DNA from: an uncultured Actinomycetota bacterium
GTDB lineage: Bacteria; Actinomycetota; Actinomycetes; DATJPE01
NCBI GenBank assembly: GCA_963851405.1
Contig: CAWKPB010000007.1
Span: 421,117-485,116 of the forward strand
Direction: 5' to 3'
DNA length: 64,000 nt
Below, one piece after another: positions 34,072 through 43,825 of this stretch. Position 1 is the first letter of the stretch, and every line of letters begins with the position of its first letter. The translations under genes and the position numbers were made by a program. The notes under the pieces were generated by a model. That model saw only the letters and a program-made list of their open reading frames with translations, had not been told where the DNA came from and did not search any database.

Positions 34072-34974
34072 TCAGGGAATCGCGACCGGTATCTCCCGCC
34101 CTCTCCGGGCATGCCGGATGCCGTCCACGCTGAAGACCACCAGCGCGACCCAGACCACCGTGAAACCCGCAACACCCACGACGGTCAACCGCTCACCGAG
34201 CACGACCACGCCCAGGGCGAACTGAATGACTGGCGTGATGTATTGCAGAACGCCCAAGGTTGTGAGCGGCACCCGTGGCGCTGCGGCACCGAACAACAAC
34301 AGAGGAGTCGCGGTCATGACGCCCACGCCCACCATCAAGACGACGTGGGCGAGACCCTCATGCAAGAAGGCGGCCTCGCCCTGCGCCTCGAGCCATGAGA
34401 GGAACAGCAGCGTCGGGATGATGAGGATGGTGGTCTCGACGGTGAGGCTCTCCACCGCGGGCATTCCTACGACCTTCTTGACGGCGCCGTAGGTCGCGAA
34501 CGAGCAAGCCAGCACCAGGCCAACCCACGGCGGTCGGCCGTAGCCGACGGTGAGGACTAATACCGCGACCACACCCAGCCCGACCGCCACCCACTGACCG
34601 CCGCGCAACCGCTCGCGGAACACCACGATGCCCAGCAGGACGGTGACCAACGGGTTGATGAAGTAGCCGAGAGAGGCTTCCAGCACGTGCTCGCTGTTGA
34701 CCGCCCAGATGTAGACGCCCCAGTTGATCGCAATCACCGTCGCGGCCAACAGGAGGAGCCCCAGGCGGCGCCGGTCGCGCACGATGCGGCCGACCCAGGC
34801 CCAGCGGCGACGGATCAGCAAGATGAGGCCGAGGAAGACCAGGCTCCACAGCACGCGGTGCCCGAGGATCTCCACGGCACCGGCCGGCAGGAGAAGCGGG
34901 AAGTAGAGGGGAAACAGCCCCCACAGCAGATAGGCGCCGATGCCGTACGCGACCCCCCGGCGTGACTCGCTCAG
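34072..34974 (-). CDS. rarD: EamA-family transporter RarD (probable CTG start)
   Basis: AYLLWGLFPLYF, NWGVYIWAV and EASLGYFINPL. Confidence 0.88.
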   Translation of the reverse strand: MSESRRGVAYGIGAYLLWGLFPLYFPLLLPAGAVEILGHRVLWSLVFLGLILLIRRRWAWVGRIVRDRRRLGLLLLAATVIAINWGVYIWAVNSEHVLEASLGYFINPLVTVLLGIVVFRERLRGGQWVAVGLGVVAVLVLTVGYGRPPWVGLVLACSFATYGAVKKVVGMPAVESLTVETTILIIPTLLFLSWLEAQGEAAFLHEGLAHVVLMVGVGVMTATPLLLFGAAAPRVPLTTLGVLQYITPVIQFALGVVVLGERLTVVGVAGFTVVWVALVVFSVDGIRHARRGREIPVAIP

Positions 34975-36039
34975 TCGATGACCCAGGTGTCCTGGCCGGC
35001 GAGCAGGGTCGCGAGGTCGCCGGGGCCCTGCTGCTCGCGCACGTCGGCGAGCTGGGCGCTCACCTGGCGGTCGTAGGCGGGCCGCGACGACATCGCGGAA
35101 GACGCCGATCGGTGAGTGGTTGAGCGAGGTGATGTCAGCGAGTCGTGACAGCGCGAACGCGGTCGAGGGATCGGTGGCGTGCGCGTCGTGGACCAGGAGT
35201 GTGGCGGGGTCGACCGATTCGACGTCGACGACCTCGAGGCTGCCGTCGCCGCTTTGCACCAGCCCGTGGCACCCATCGATACCGAAGCGCATCGGCTCGT
35301 CCTGCTCGAGGCGGATGACCGACTCCTCGCGGGAGTCGTTGTCCTTGAGCAGCTCGAAGGCGCCGTCGTTGAAGATGTTGCAGTTCTGATAGATCTCGAC
35401 CAGCGCCGTGCCTTCGTGCGCGGCGGCCGCGCGGAGCACGCCGGTCAGGTGCTTGCGGTCCGAGTCGATGGTGCGGGCGACGAAGCTGGCCTCAGCGCCG
35501 AGCGCGAGGGACACCGGGTTGAACGGCGCGTCGAGCGACCCCATGGGGGTGGACTTCGTGATCTTCCCCTGCTCTGAGGTCGGGGAGTACTGGCCCTTGG
35601 TTAGGCCGTAGATCCGGTTGTTGAACAACAGGATCTTGAGGTTGACGTTGCGACGCAGCGCGTGGATGAGGTGGTTGCCACCGATGGACAGCGCATCGCC
35701 GTCGCCGGTCACCACCCAGACCGAGAGGTCCTGGCGAGCCGTGGCGAGGCCGGTCGCGATGGCCGGGGCGCGGCCGTGGATCGAGTGCATGCCGTAGGTG
35801 TTCATGTAGTACGGGAATCGGGAGGAGCACCCGATGCCGGAGACGAAGACGATGTTCTCGCGCCTGACGCCTAGCTCGGGCATGAAGCCCTGGACCGCGG
35901 CGAGGATCGCGTAGTCACCACAGCCAGGGCACCAGCGCACCTCCTGGTCGGTCTTGAAGTCTTTGGCGGTCTGCGCCTCATCGGTGCGCGGGACGTCACC
36001 CAGGCCGGGGAACCCCAGCGACACACTCGTGTCAGACAC
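34971..36039 (-). CDS. korB: 2-oxoacid:ferredoxin oxidoreductase beta subunit (indel near 35085)
   Basis: WCPGCGD, SGIGCS, HSIHGR and GDGD ThDP motif; the true C-terminus LLAGQDTWVID lies in ORF 34971..35276. Confidence 0.93.
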
Positions 36040-37894
36040 TCGCGATCACGTCCTCGATGACTCCTTCGAGTTCTTCGGCCTTGAACGGCAGACCGCGAAC
36101 CTGGTTGTAGGCGATCGCGTCCACCAGATAGCGGCCCCGGATGAGCAGGGCCAGCTGGCCGAGGTTCATCTCCGGGATGAGCACCCGGTCGTAGCGGCGG
36201 AGCACCTCTTCGGTGTTGGCCGGGAACGGGTTGAGGTGTCGTAGATGGGCCTGGGCCACGAAGCCGCCCTTGCGCCGAATTCGGCGGCAGGCGGCTCCGA
36301 TCGGGCCGTACGTCGAGCCCCAACCGAGGACGAGGACCCGGGCGGACTCCGACGGGTCGTCGACCTCGAGCGGGGCGATACTCGCGGCGATGCCATCGAC
36401 CTTCGCCTGTCGAGTGCGAACCATCAGGTCGTGGTTGGCCGCGTCATAGGAGATGACACCCGAGCCGTCCGCCTTCTCGATCCCTCCGATGCGGTGCTCG
36501 AGGTCAGGGGTGCCGGGGATCGCCCAGGGGCGAGCCAGCGTCTCGGGATCCCTCAGGTAGGGCCAGAACTCGTCCTGGCCCTTGGCGTTGACGTGGTTGG
36601 TCTCGGTGGCGAACTCCACCCGGAGGTCGGGTAGGTCGGCGACGTCGGGGATCCGCCATGGCTCGGAACCGTTGGCGAGATAACCATCGGAGAGCAGGAA
36701 CACCGGGGTCCGGTAGGTGAGGGCGATCCGGCAGGCTTCGATGGCGGCATCGAAGCAGTCGCCGGGGGACTGCGGCGCCACGATGGGGACCGGTGCCTCG
36801 CCGTTGCGCCCGAACATCGCCATCAGCAGATCGGACTGCTCGGTCTTGGTGGGAAGCCCCGTCGACGGACCGCCACGCTGGACGTCAACCACGACCAGCG
36901 GCAACTCGAGGGAGACCGCGAGGCCGATGGTCTCGGACTTCAGGGCGATCCCGGGGCCGGACGTGGTCGTCACGCCGAGGGCGCCACCAAACGATGCGCC
37001 CAGTGCGGCGCCGATCCCGGCGATCTCATCCTCGGCTTGAAAGGTCTTGATACCGAAGTTCTTGTGCCTGGAAAGCTCGTGCAGGATGTCCGAGGCGGGC
37101 GTGATCGGGTACGCCCCGAGGAACATCGGCAGGTCGCTGCACTGCGCAGCCGCGATCAGCCCGTACGACAGAGCCAGGTTGCCGCTCATGTTGCGGTAGG
37201 TCCCCGGCACCATCGCGGCCGGCTTGATCTCGTAGGAGACCGAGAAGTCCTCGGTGGTGTCTCCGAAGTTGTAGCCGGCGCGGAACGCGGCGAGGTTGGC
37301 TTCGAGGATGTCCGGCTTGCGACCGAACTTCTGTTCCAGGAAACGCACGGTGCCATCGGTCGGCCGGTTGTAGAGCCAGGACAGCAGTCCGAGCGCGTAC
37401 ATGTTCTTGGCTCGTTCCGCCTCTTTCTTGCTGACCGCCATGCCCTTGAGCGCCTCGACGGTTTGGGACGTCAAGGCAATCGGGTGGACGTTGTAGCCGT
37501 CGAGCGAACCGTCGTCCAGAGGACTGCCTGCGTAGCCGACCTTGGTCAGAGCGCGGGGGGTGAACTCGTCGGTGTTGACGATCAGGTCGGCGCCGCGCGG
37601 GAGGTCGGCGAGGTTGGCCATCAGGGCCGCGGGATTCATGGCCACGAGCACGGTCGGGGCATCGCCCGGCGTCATGATGTCGTGATCGGCGAAGTGCAAC
37701 TGGAACGCGCTGACCCCGGGCAGGGTGCCTGCTGGGGCGCGGATCTCGGCCGGGAAGTCGGGCAGCGTCGACAGGTCGTTGCCGAACGAGGCCGTTTCGG
37801 AGGTAAAGCGGTCTCCGGTGAGCTGCATTCCGTCGCCGGAGTCGCCAGCGAAACGGATGATGACACGATCAAGTCGGACGACCTGCTTGGCCAC
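36032..37894 (-). CDS. korA: 2-oxoacid:ferredoxin oxidoreductase alpha subunit
   Basis: GDSGDGMQL, YPITPAS, QAEDEIA, TSGPG and QRGGPSTGLPT. Confidence 0.95.
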   Translation of the reverse strand: MAKQVVRLDRVIIRFAGDSGDGMQLTGDRFTSETASFGNDLSTLPDFPAEIRAPAGTLPGVSAFQLHFADHDIMTPGDAPTVLVAMNPAALMANLADLPRGADLIVNTDEFTPRALTKVGYAGSPLDDGSLDGYNVHPIALTSQTVEALKGMAVSKKEAERAKNMYALGLLSWLYNRPTDGTVRFLEQKFGRKPDILEANLAAFRAGYNFGDTTEDFSVSYEIKPAAMVPGTYRNMSGNLALSYGLIAAAQCSDLPMFLGAYPITPASDILHELSRHKNFGIKTFQAEDEIAGIGAALGASFGGALGVTTTSGPGIALKSETIGLAVSLELPLVVVDVQRGGPSTGLPTKTEQSDLLMAMFGRNGEAPVPIVAPQSPGDCFDAAIEACRIALTYRTPVFLLSDGYLANGSEPWRIPDVADLPDLRVEFATETNHVNAKGQDEFWPYLRDPETLARPWAIPGTPDLEHRIGGIEKADGSGVISYDAANHDLMVRTRQAKVDGIAASIAPLEVDDPSESARVLVLGWGSTYGPIGAACRRIRRKGGFVAQAHLRHLNPFPANTEEVLRRYDRVLIPEMNLGQLALLIRGRYLVDAIAYNQVRGLPFKAEELEGVIEDVIASV

Positions 37895-38013
37895 GCGTCC
37901 ATCCTAGGTGAGGCGGGTGATGCTGCACGCCGAGGGTCACTCGACGAGCGTTCCGTCAGACAGAACGATGTTCCAATTCTACGTCAGGGTTCGCCATCGT
38001 CCACTATGGACCC

Positions 38014-38451
38014 GTGCCGACCCTCGACCCGCGTCCCACGCCGACGATGGTCACGGCTGCGGGGGATCGGCTGTGGCTGATCGATGTGGGCCTCGCCTGC
38101 TGCGCGGTCGAGGTCGGCGCCGCGACGGCCGGACCCCACCCGCTGCTGAGTCGCGCCGAGATCGTGCCCTCCCTCGGCGGCGTCGACGTGCTGATCGTCT
38201 CAGGCACGGTGACCGACGTCATGGCGGGCGCGGTTCGGCGCTTGCACGAGCGATTGCCGTCCCCGTCCTACGTCGTCTCCTTCGGCGCCTGCTCCAACTC
38301 CGGCGGGCCGTACTGGGACTCCTATTGCGTGACCAAGGGCGTCGATCAGTTGATCCCGGTCGATGTCTACGTGCCTGGGTGTCCGCCTCGCCCCGAGGCC
38401 CTGGTGGATGCCCTTGAGGTCTTGGCCTCCAGGTTGGCCGCCGCGTCATGA
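38014..38451 (+). CDS. Second NuoB-like Fe-S subunit
   Basis: [16 protein letters not shown] and PGCPPRPE; all four Cys ligands present. Confidence 0.88.
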   Translation: MPTLDPRPTPTMVTAAGDRLWLIDVGLACCAVEVGAATAGPHPLLSRAEIVPSLGGVDVLIVSGTVTDVMAGAVRRLHERLPSPSYVVSFGACSNSGGPYWDSYCVTKGVDQLIPVDVYVPGCPPRPEALVDALEVLASRLAAAS

Positions 38452-39026
38452 CGGCCCCGGGTGACCTCGGCCGCCGACTCGTCGACCTCCTGGGCGCCCC
38501 TGCCTCGGTGACCGAGGCGTACGGCGACGTGCACGTCGACGTCGACGCCGCGCGCTGGGTCACGGCCATGACGGCGGCCCGCGACGACCTGAGGTTGACC
38601 TTCTTGGACTGGCTGTCTGCCTATTGGGTGCCGCCGGTCTCAGGAACACCACGTGAGTTGGCCGTCGTGGCGCACGTCGCCGCTGATGCCCCCGGCGCTC
38701 GCCTGCTGGTCCGCACGCGTGTCGACACCGAGGACCCGAGCGTGCCGCCGAGCCTCCCGACCCTGACGGCGCTGTGGCCCGGTGCGGCCTGGCATGAGCG
38801 CGAGACCTGGGAGATGTTCGGCCTGGACTTCGCGGGGCATCCCGACCTTCGACCCCTGCTGCTTCAGCCCGAGTTCGACGGGCGCCCGCTCCGCAAGGAC
38901 TTCGTGCTCGCCTCGCGGGTCGTTCGTGACTGGCCCGGCGCCAAGGACCCCGCGGAAACGCCCGGGCGGCCACGACGCCGGCCACCGTTGCCCCCGGGTG
39001 TCCCCTCCGACTGGGGCCAGAAGTGA
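38448..39026 (+). CDS. Second NuoC-like subunit
   Basis: [22 protein letters not shown]. Confidence 0.88.
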   Translation: MTAPGDLGRRLVDLLGAPASVTEAYGDVHVDVDAARWVTAMTAARDDLRLTFLDWLSAYWVPPVSGTPRELAVVAHVAADAPGARLLVRTRVDTEDPSVPPSLPTLTALWPGAAWHERETWEMFGLDFAGHPDLRPLLLQPEFDGRPLRKDFVLASRVVRDWPGAKDPAETPGRPRRRPPLPPGVPSDWGQK

Positions 39027-39430
39027 GCGGCTCACCACCGAGGGCCAGCCGAGGGGTCATCGCGCTGAAGGCCGAAGCGTGCACCGTGTGCATGCTCTGC
39101 GCCCGCGAGTGCCCGGATTGGTGCTTGTTCATTGACTCGCACCAAGAAACCCAGGAGCCGGTCGGTGGCGGTCGCGCGCGGCAGACGTACGTTCTCGACC
39201 GGTTCGCCATCGACTTCTCGCTGTGCATGTACTGCGGGATCTGCGTCGAGGTGTGTCCGTTCGACGCGTTGTTCTGGTCGCCGGAGTACCGCTACGCGGC
39301 GCAGGGTTTGGCCGAGTTGCTGCACGAGGCCGAGCGGTTGGACGGCTGGTTGGCTACCGTTCCTGACAGCGATCACCAGGCAGACGACCAAGCTGACAAC
39401 CGGGCAGCCGAGGGAGCAGGCACGACGTGA
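39023..39430 (+). CDS. Second NuoI-like 2x[4Fe-4S] protein
   Basis: [12 protein letters not shown] and [12 protein letters not shown]. Confidence 0.88.
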   Translation: MSGSPPRASRGVIALKAEACTVCMLCARECPDWCLFIDSHQETQEPVGGGRARQTYVLDRFAIDFSLCMYCGICVEVCPFDALFWSPEYRYAAQGLAELLHEAERLDGWLATVPDSDHQADDQADNRAAEGAGTT

Positions 39431-40299
39431 ACACCAATGGGATGAAGACCGCGGTCCTGCTGGCGTCGCTGGCTGCGCTCGTGATGGGCGTGGGCTACTG
39501 GGTGTTTGGCATCGGCGGTCTGGTTCTTGGATTCGTGGTCGCCCTGGGCATGAACGGGTATGCCTACTTCAACAGCGCGAAACTGGCCCTGCGCTCGATG
39601 CATGCCTACCCGGTGACGGCCAGGGACCAACCGGCGCTGTACCGGATCGTCCACGAACTGGCGCAGGCTCAGGGAAAGCCCATGCCGGCGCTGTACGTCT
39701 CACCGACCGAGGCACCCAACGCCTTTGCGACGGGTCGCAGCCCCGAGCACGCGGCCGTCTGCGCGACTCAAGGGATCTTGGACCTGCTCGATGAGCGGGA
39801 GCTGCGCGGAGTGCTCGGACACGAGTTGGCCCACGTCTACAACCGCGACATCCTCATCGCGTCGGTCGCAGCGACGTTGGCCAGCATGATCATGTTCGAT
39901 GGCTTACCTCGCGTACTTCATCCCGATGGGTGGCAACAACAACCGCGGTGGCAATCCGTTCGCCGTCTTGCTGTTCGCCATCCTCGGGCCGGTCGCGGCC
40001 TCGCTCATCCAGTTCGCGCTCAGCCGGTCTCGCGAGTACCAAGCCGATGAGTCCGGTGCGACGATCACCCGTGACCCCCTCGGCCTGGCCAGCGCGCTGC
40101 GCAAGCTCGAGGCGGGCACCGCCGCCCGGCCCTTGCGACCGGAGCCCGCGGTGCAGCAGACCAGCGCGATGATGATCGCGAACCCGTTCCGCGCGGCGCG
40201 ACGTACGGCAGTTGGTTCGCCACCCACCCGCCGATGGCCGAGCGGATCGCCCGGCTCGAGTCCATGGCTTCCGGCGGCTACCGACCGGACGCCGGCTGA
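39427..40299 (+). CDS. htpX: Zinc metalloprotease HtpX (indels near 39897 and 40205)
   Basis: [22 protein letters not shown] and a THPP-type end in a shifted frame. Confidence 0.9.
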
Positions 40300-40328
40300 G
40301 CGCCGATCTCAGAACGAAGGAGCCCGCT

Positions 40329-40883
40329 ATGAGCACGCTGACCGATCGACCGAACACCGCTCTCGTCGTGATCGACGTGCAGAACGGGGTCGTGGGGGAG
40401 GCCTACGAGCGAGACCGGGTCGTCGCAAACATCAACACGTTGGTGGATCGGGCGCGCGGCGAAGGTGTCCCTGTGGTGTGGGTCCAGCACTCCGACAACG
40501 GTCTGAAGCAGGGCAGCGCTGCGTGGGAGATCGTGCCCGAGCTGACCCCACAAGCATCCGAGCCTGTCGTGCACAAAACCTTCGGAGATTCCTTCGAAGC
40601 CACCGACCTCGAGGAACGGCTCGCGACCGCAGGGGTTGGGCGACTAGTCGTCACCGGGGCGCAGACCGACATGTGCGTTCGGTCCACGATCCACGGTGGC
40701 CTAGTACGCGGCTACGACGTGACGCTAGTTGGGGACGCACACACGACTGAGGACCTGACCGAGTGGGGTGCTCCGCCGCCCGAGCAGGTGATCTCCCACA
40801 CCAACATGTACTGGGACGGTCAGTCGGCACCCGGTCGTAGGGCTGGCGTGGGAGTCGACGCAGGACGTGTCGTTCAGCGGTAG
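40329..40883 (+). CDS. Isochorismatase/cysteine hydrolase family protein (possible indel near 40850)
   Basis: [13 protein letters not shown] and GAQTDMCV catalytic motifs; GAAGGAG SD. Confidence 0.88.
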   Translation: MSTLTDRPNTALVVIDVQNGVVGEAYERDRVVANINTLVDRARGEGVPVVWVQHSDNGLKQGSAAWEIVPELTPQASEPVVHKTFGDSFEATDLEERLATAGVGRLVVTGAQTDMCVRSTIHGGLVRGYDVTLVGDAHTTEDLTEWGAPPPEQVISHTNMYWDGQSAPGRRAGVGVDAGRVVQR

Positions 40884-41364
40884 TTGACGAACTGAACGGC
40901 GAAGTCCAGGTCCTCGCCCTTGACCAGGGCGATGACCTCCTGGAGATCGTCGCGGCTCTTCGAGGAGACCCGCAGCTCGTCGCCTTCGACCCGGACCTTG
41001 ATGCTGCTGCGGCCCCTCGTCGCGGATCAGCTTGCCCACCTTCTTGGCGTTCTCCTGAGAGATGCCTTCGGTGATGGTGGCAGTCAGCACGAACTCCTTG
41101 CCCGAGGGCTTGGCCTCGCCGGCCTCGAGCGACTTGAGCGAGATCCCGCGCTTGACCAGCTTGGACTGGAAGACGTCGAGAATGGCCTTCACGCGCTCTT
41201 CGGAGTTGGCCTTCATGACGATGGACTCGCCGGACCATTCGATCGACGCGCCCACGTTCTTGAAGTCGTAGCGCTGGTGGATCTCCTTGGCCGCTTGGTT
41301 CAGCGCATTGTCCACCTCCTGCCGGTCGACCTTGCTCACGATGTCGAAAGCTGCTGTCAGCCAT
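40874..41364 (-). CDS. yajQ: YajQ family nucleotide/c-di-GMP-binding protein (indels near 41348 and 41005)
   Basis: [28 protein letters not shown]; C-terminal FVNYR stop at 40874. Confidence 0.9.
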
Positions 41365-41454
41365 CGATGGTCCTTTCCGGGGGCCGGATGCGGGCGGGAG
41401 GGTCCGCTGGTCTGCTGGGGTATTCTGGCGCGCGCCGTCCTTCGGGGCGGCACT

Positions 41455-41539
41455 GGCAGGTTGCCCGAGTGGCCAAAGGGAGCGGACTGTAAATCCGCCG
41501 GCTCAGCCTACGTTGGTTCGAACCCAACACCTGCCACCA
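41455..41539 (+). tRNA. tRNA-Tyr (GTA)
   Basis: GGCAGGT/ACCTGCC acceptor stem, CTGTAAA anticodon loop, long variable arm, GTTCGAA and encoded CCA. Confidence 0.97.
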
Positions 41540-41620
41540 TCGACGATCAGCTCGGCCTCGGGGCGCGCAGCGAGGCCGCGCAGCGCGTACCGAACCTTGT
41601 GTACGCTTTGCGGGCTGCCC

Positions 41621-41693
41621 GCCCCTTTAGCTCAGTCGGCAGAGCGTCTCCATGGTAAGGAGAAGGTCTACGGTTCGATTCCGTAAAGGGGCT
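41621..41693 (+). tRNA. tRNA-Thr (GGT)
   Basis: GCCCCTT/AAGGGGC stem, ATGGTAA loop and GGTTCGATTCC. Confidence 0.96.
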
Positions 41694-41726
41694 CAAAGGT
41701 TTCGTCCTTCGGGGCGGGGCCGTCGC

Positions 41727-41800
41727 GGCGGAGTAGCTCAGCCAGGTAGAGCAAGCGGCTCATAATCGCTGTGTCGCCGGTTCAAGTCCGGCCTCCGCTA
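41727..41800 (+). tRNA. tRNA-Met (CAT), elongator-type
   Basis: GGCGGAG/CTCCGCT stem, CTCATAA loop and GGTTCAAGTCC. Confidence 0.93.
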
Positions 41801-41889
41801 CGTGTTGACCGCCGCTCCCGCGGATTTCCGCGGCGCGGCGGTCACCCGTTACCCTCTGGTCATCCCATTTCGAAAGTTGAGGCACTCCC

Positions 41890-42054
41890 GTGGCTGCCAA
41901 CGATGTCCGTCCGAAGATCACGCTGGCCTGCGTGGACTGCAAGCACCGCAACTACATCACCAAGAAGAACCGCCGCAACGACCCTGACCGCATGGAGATG
42001 AAGAAGTTCTGCCCTGCGTGCAACAGCCACACGTCGCACCGCGAAACCCGCTGA
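41890..42054 (+). CDS. rpmG: 50S ribosomal protein L33 (Zn-ribbon form)
   Basis: [54 protein letters not shown]; 54 aa, so absent from the ORF track. Confidence 0.97.
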   Translation: MAANDVRPKITLACVDCKHRNYITKKNRRNDPDRMEMKKFCPACNSHTSHRETR

Positions 42055-42109
42055 AGCTCGCTGTTCTTCCTTTAGCTCGCAGACCCTGATCGAGACGGCA
42101 GGAGTGCGC

Positions 42110-42919
42110 GTGGGACGCCTAGACGACCGGGTCGCGATCGTCACCGGCGCTGGCCGCGGGATCGGCCGCGCCACCGCGCTGCGCTTGGCGCGCGATGGTG
42201 CCCAGGTCATGGTCAACGACATCGATGCCGAACCCGCGCACGAAACCGTTGAGGCCATCCGGGCCGAGGGCGGCGTCGCTGAGGTCAATCTGTCCGACAC
42301 CGTCGACCTGCCCGCGGCTCAGGAGTTGGTGGGTGCTGCGGTCGGCGTGTTCGGCAAGCTGGACATCGTGGTCAACAACGCTGGCAGCACGCGTGACCGG
42401 ATGTTCCACAACCTCGACGACGAGACATTCGACTTTGCGATGGACGTCAATCTGCGCACCAGCTTTCACACGACCCGCGCCGCCATGCCGTACCTCCGAG
42501 AGGTGGCGAAGGCGGAGATCGCGGGAACCGGGCGGGTCGCCTACCACCGGAAGATCACCTTCACTTCCTCGGTCTCGGCCCTGATGGGCAACCCCGGGCA
42601 GTACAACTACACCGCCGCCAAAGGCGCGATCATCGCGACGACGAAGACCCTCGCGCGCGAGCTCGGACCGTTCGGGATCAACGTCAATGCGGTGGCGCCT
42701 GGGTTCGTCGAGACCCGGCTCACGGCTGCCAAAGACGAGAACTCGGACTACGGGATCCCCGAGCAGATGCGCCAGATGTCGCTGGCCCTCATCGCGCTGG
42801 GGCGCTTCGGGGAGCCCGAGGACATCGCCAACGTCCATGCCTTCTTGGTCTCACCCGACGCCGACTTCATCAGCGGGGTCACCCTTCCGGTGACCGGCGG
42901 GCAGCTGGCAGGCATGTGA
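42110..42919 (+). CDS. SDR / FabG-like 3-oxoacyl reductase
   Basis: TGAGRGIG, NNAG, YTAAK and NAVAPG. Confidence 0.9.
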   Translation: MGRLDDRVAIVTGAGRGIGRATALRLARDGAQVMVNDIDAEPAHETVEAIRAEGGVAEVNLSDTVDLPAAQELVGAAVGVFGKLDIVVNNAGSTRDRMFHNLDDETFDFAMDVNLRTSFHTTRAAMPYLREVAKAEIAGTGRVAYHRKITFTSSVSALMGNPGQYNYTAAKGAIIATTKTLARELGPFGINVNAVAPGFVETRLTAAKDENSDYGIPEQMRQMSLALIALGRFGEPEDIANVHAFLVSPDADFISGVTLPVTGGQLAGM

Positions 42920-43368
42920 TGGCGCTCAACCCCGACTTCGTCGGTCGCGAGTATCCGCCGACCCCCGCCTATGAGGTGGGGCGCGAGAAGATCCGCGAGT
43001 TCGCTGAGGCGATCGGCGACCCGCACCCGGCCTACCGCGACGCCGACGCCGCCAAGGCGCTCGGCTACGCCGATGTCATCGCGCCGCCGAGCTTCCCGAT
43101 CGTGGTCAGCTTGCCCGCTTCGGATGCGGCGATCTTCGATCCCGAGCTGGGCCTGGACTACAGCCGCGTGGTCCATGGGGATCAGCGCTTCGTGTTTGCC
43201 CGTCCGGTCCGCGCGGGGGATCGGCTGGTGGCCGTCCTTCACATCGACAGCATCCGTACGGTCGCGGGCAACGACATCCTCGGGATGCGTACCGAGATCA
43301 CGACCGAGGACGGCGAAGGGGTCGTCACCGCCCACGCCACGATCGTCGCTCGCGGACCGGAGGCCTGA
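42919..43368 (+). CDS. MaoC-like dehydratase, HadA-like
   Basis: YEVGREKIREFA..APPSF..VVHGDQRF. Confidence 0.88.
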   Translation: MALNPDFVGREYPPTPAYEVGREKIREFAEAIGDPHPAYRDADAAKALGYADVIAPPSFPIVVSLPASDAAIFDPELGLDYSRVVHGDQRFVFARPVRAGDRLVAVLHIDSIRTVAGNDILGMRTEITTEDGEGVVTAHATIVARGPEA

Positions 43369-43369
43369 G

Positions 43370-43789
43370 GTGATCAAGCACTCGGACGTGTCCGTAGGGA
43401 CCGCTCTTCCGTCGTGCAGCTTCCCGATTCAGCGGGTGGACCTGATTCGCTACGCCGGAGTCTCGGGCGACTTCAACGTCATCCACTGGAACGAGCGAGT
43501 CGCTCGCGAGGTCGGGCTACCCGACGTCATCGCCCACGGGATGTTGACCATGGCGGTAGCCGGGCGGGTCATCACCGACTGGGTCGGGGACCCTGGCGCC
43601 GTCCTTGAATACGGCGTCCGCTTCACTCGGCCCGTCGTCGTCCCTGACGACGGCGTGGGCGCCACGCTCGAGGTCTCCGGCGTGGTCAGTGACGTGCGCG
43701 ACGACGGCACGGTCGTGGTCGACCTCACGGCGACCAGCGCCGGCGCCAAGGTGCTGGGCCGCTCGCGGGCCACCGTCCGTCTGCCGTGA
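43370..43789 (+). CDS. MaoC dehydratase, HadB-like
   Basis: YAGVSGDFNVIHW..IAHGM hydratase motif. Confidence 0.9.
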   Translation: MIKHSDVSVGTALPSCSFPIQRVDLIRYAGVSGDFNVIHWNERVAREVGLPDVIAHGMLTMAVAGRVITDWVGDPGAVLEYGVRFTRPVVVPDDGVGATLEVSGVVSDVRDDGTVVVDLTATSAGAKVLGRSRATVRLP

Positions 43790-43825
43790 TCCGCGCCCGC
43801 TCCGCGCGCGGCTAGGGTCACCGAC

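Noticed and set aside
34072-36039. KorB-RarD fusion (655-aa ORF)
   Set aside because: The true KorB C-terminus is in another frame (34971..35276); the linker is out-of-frame sequence caused by an indel near 35085.
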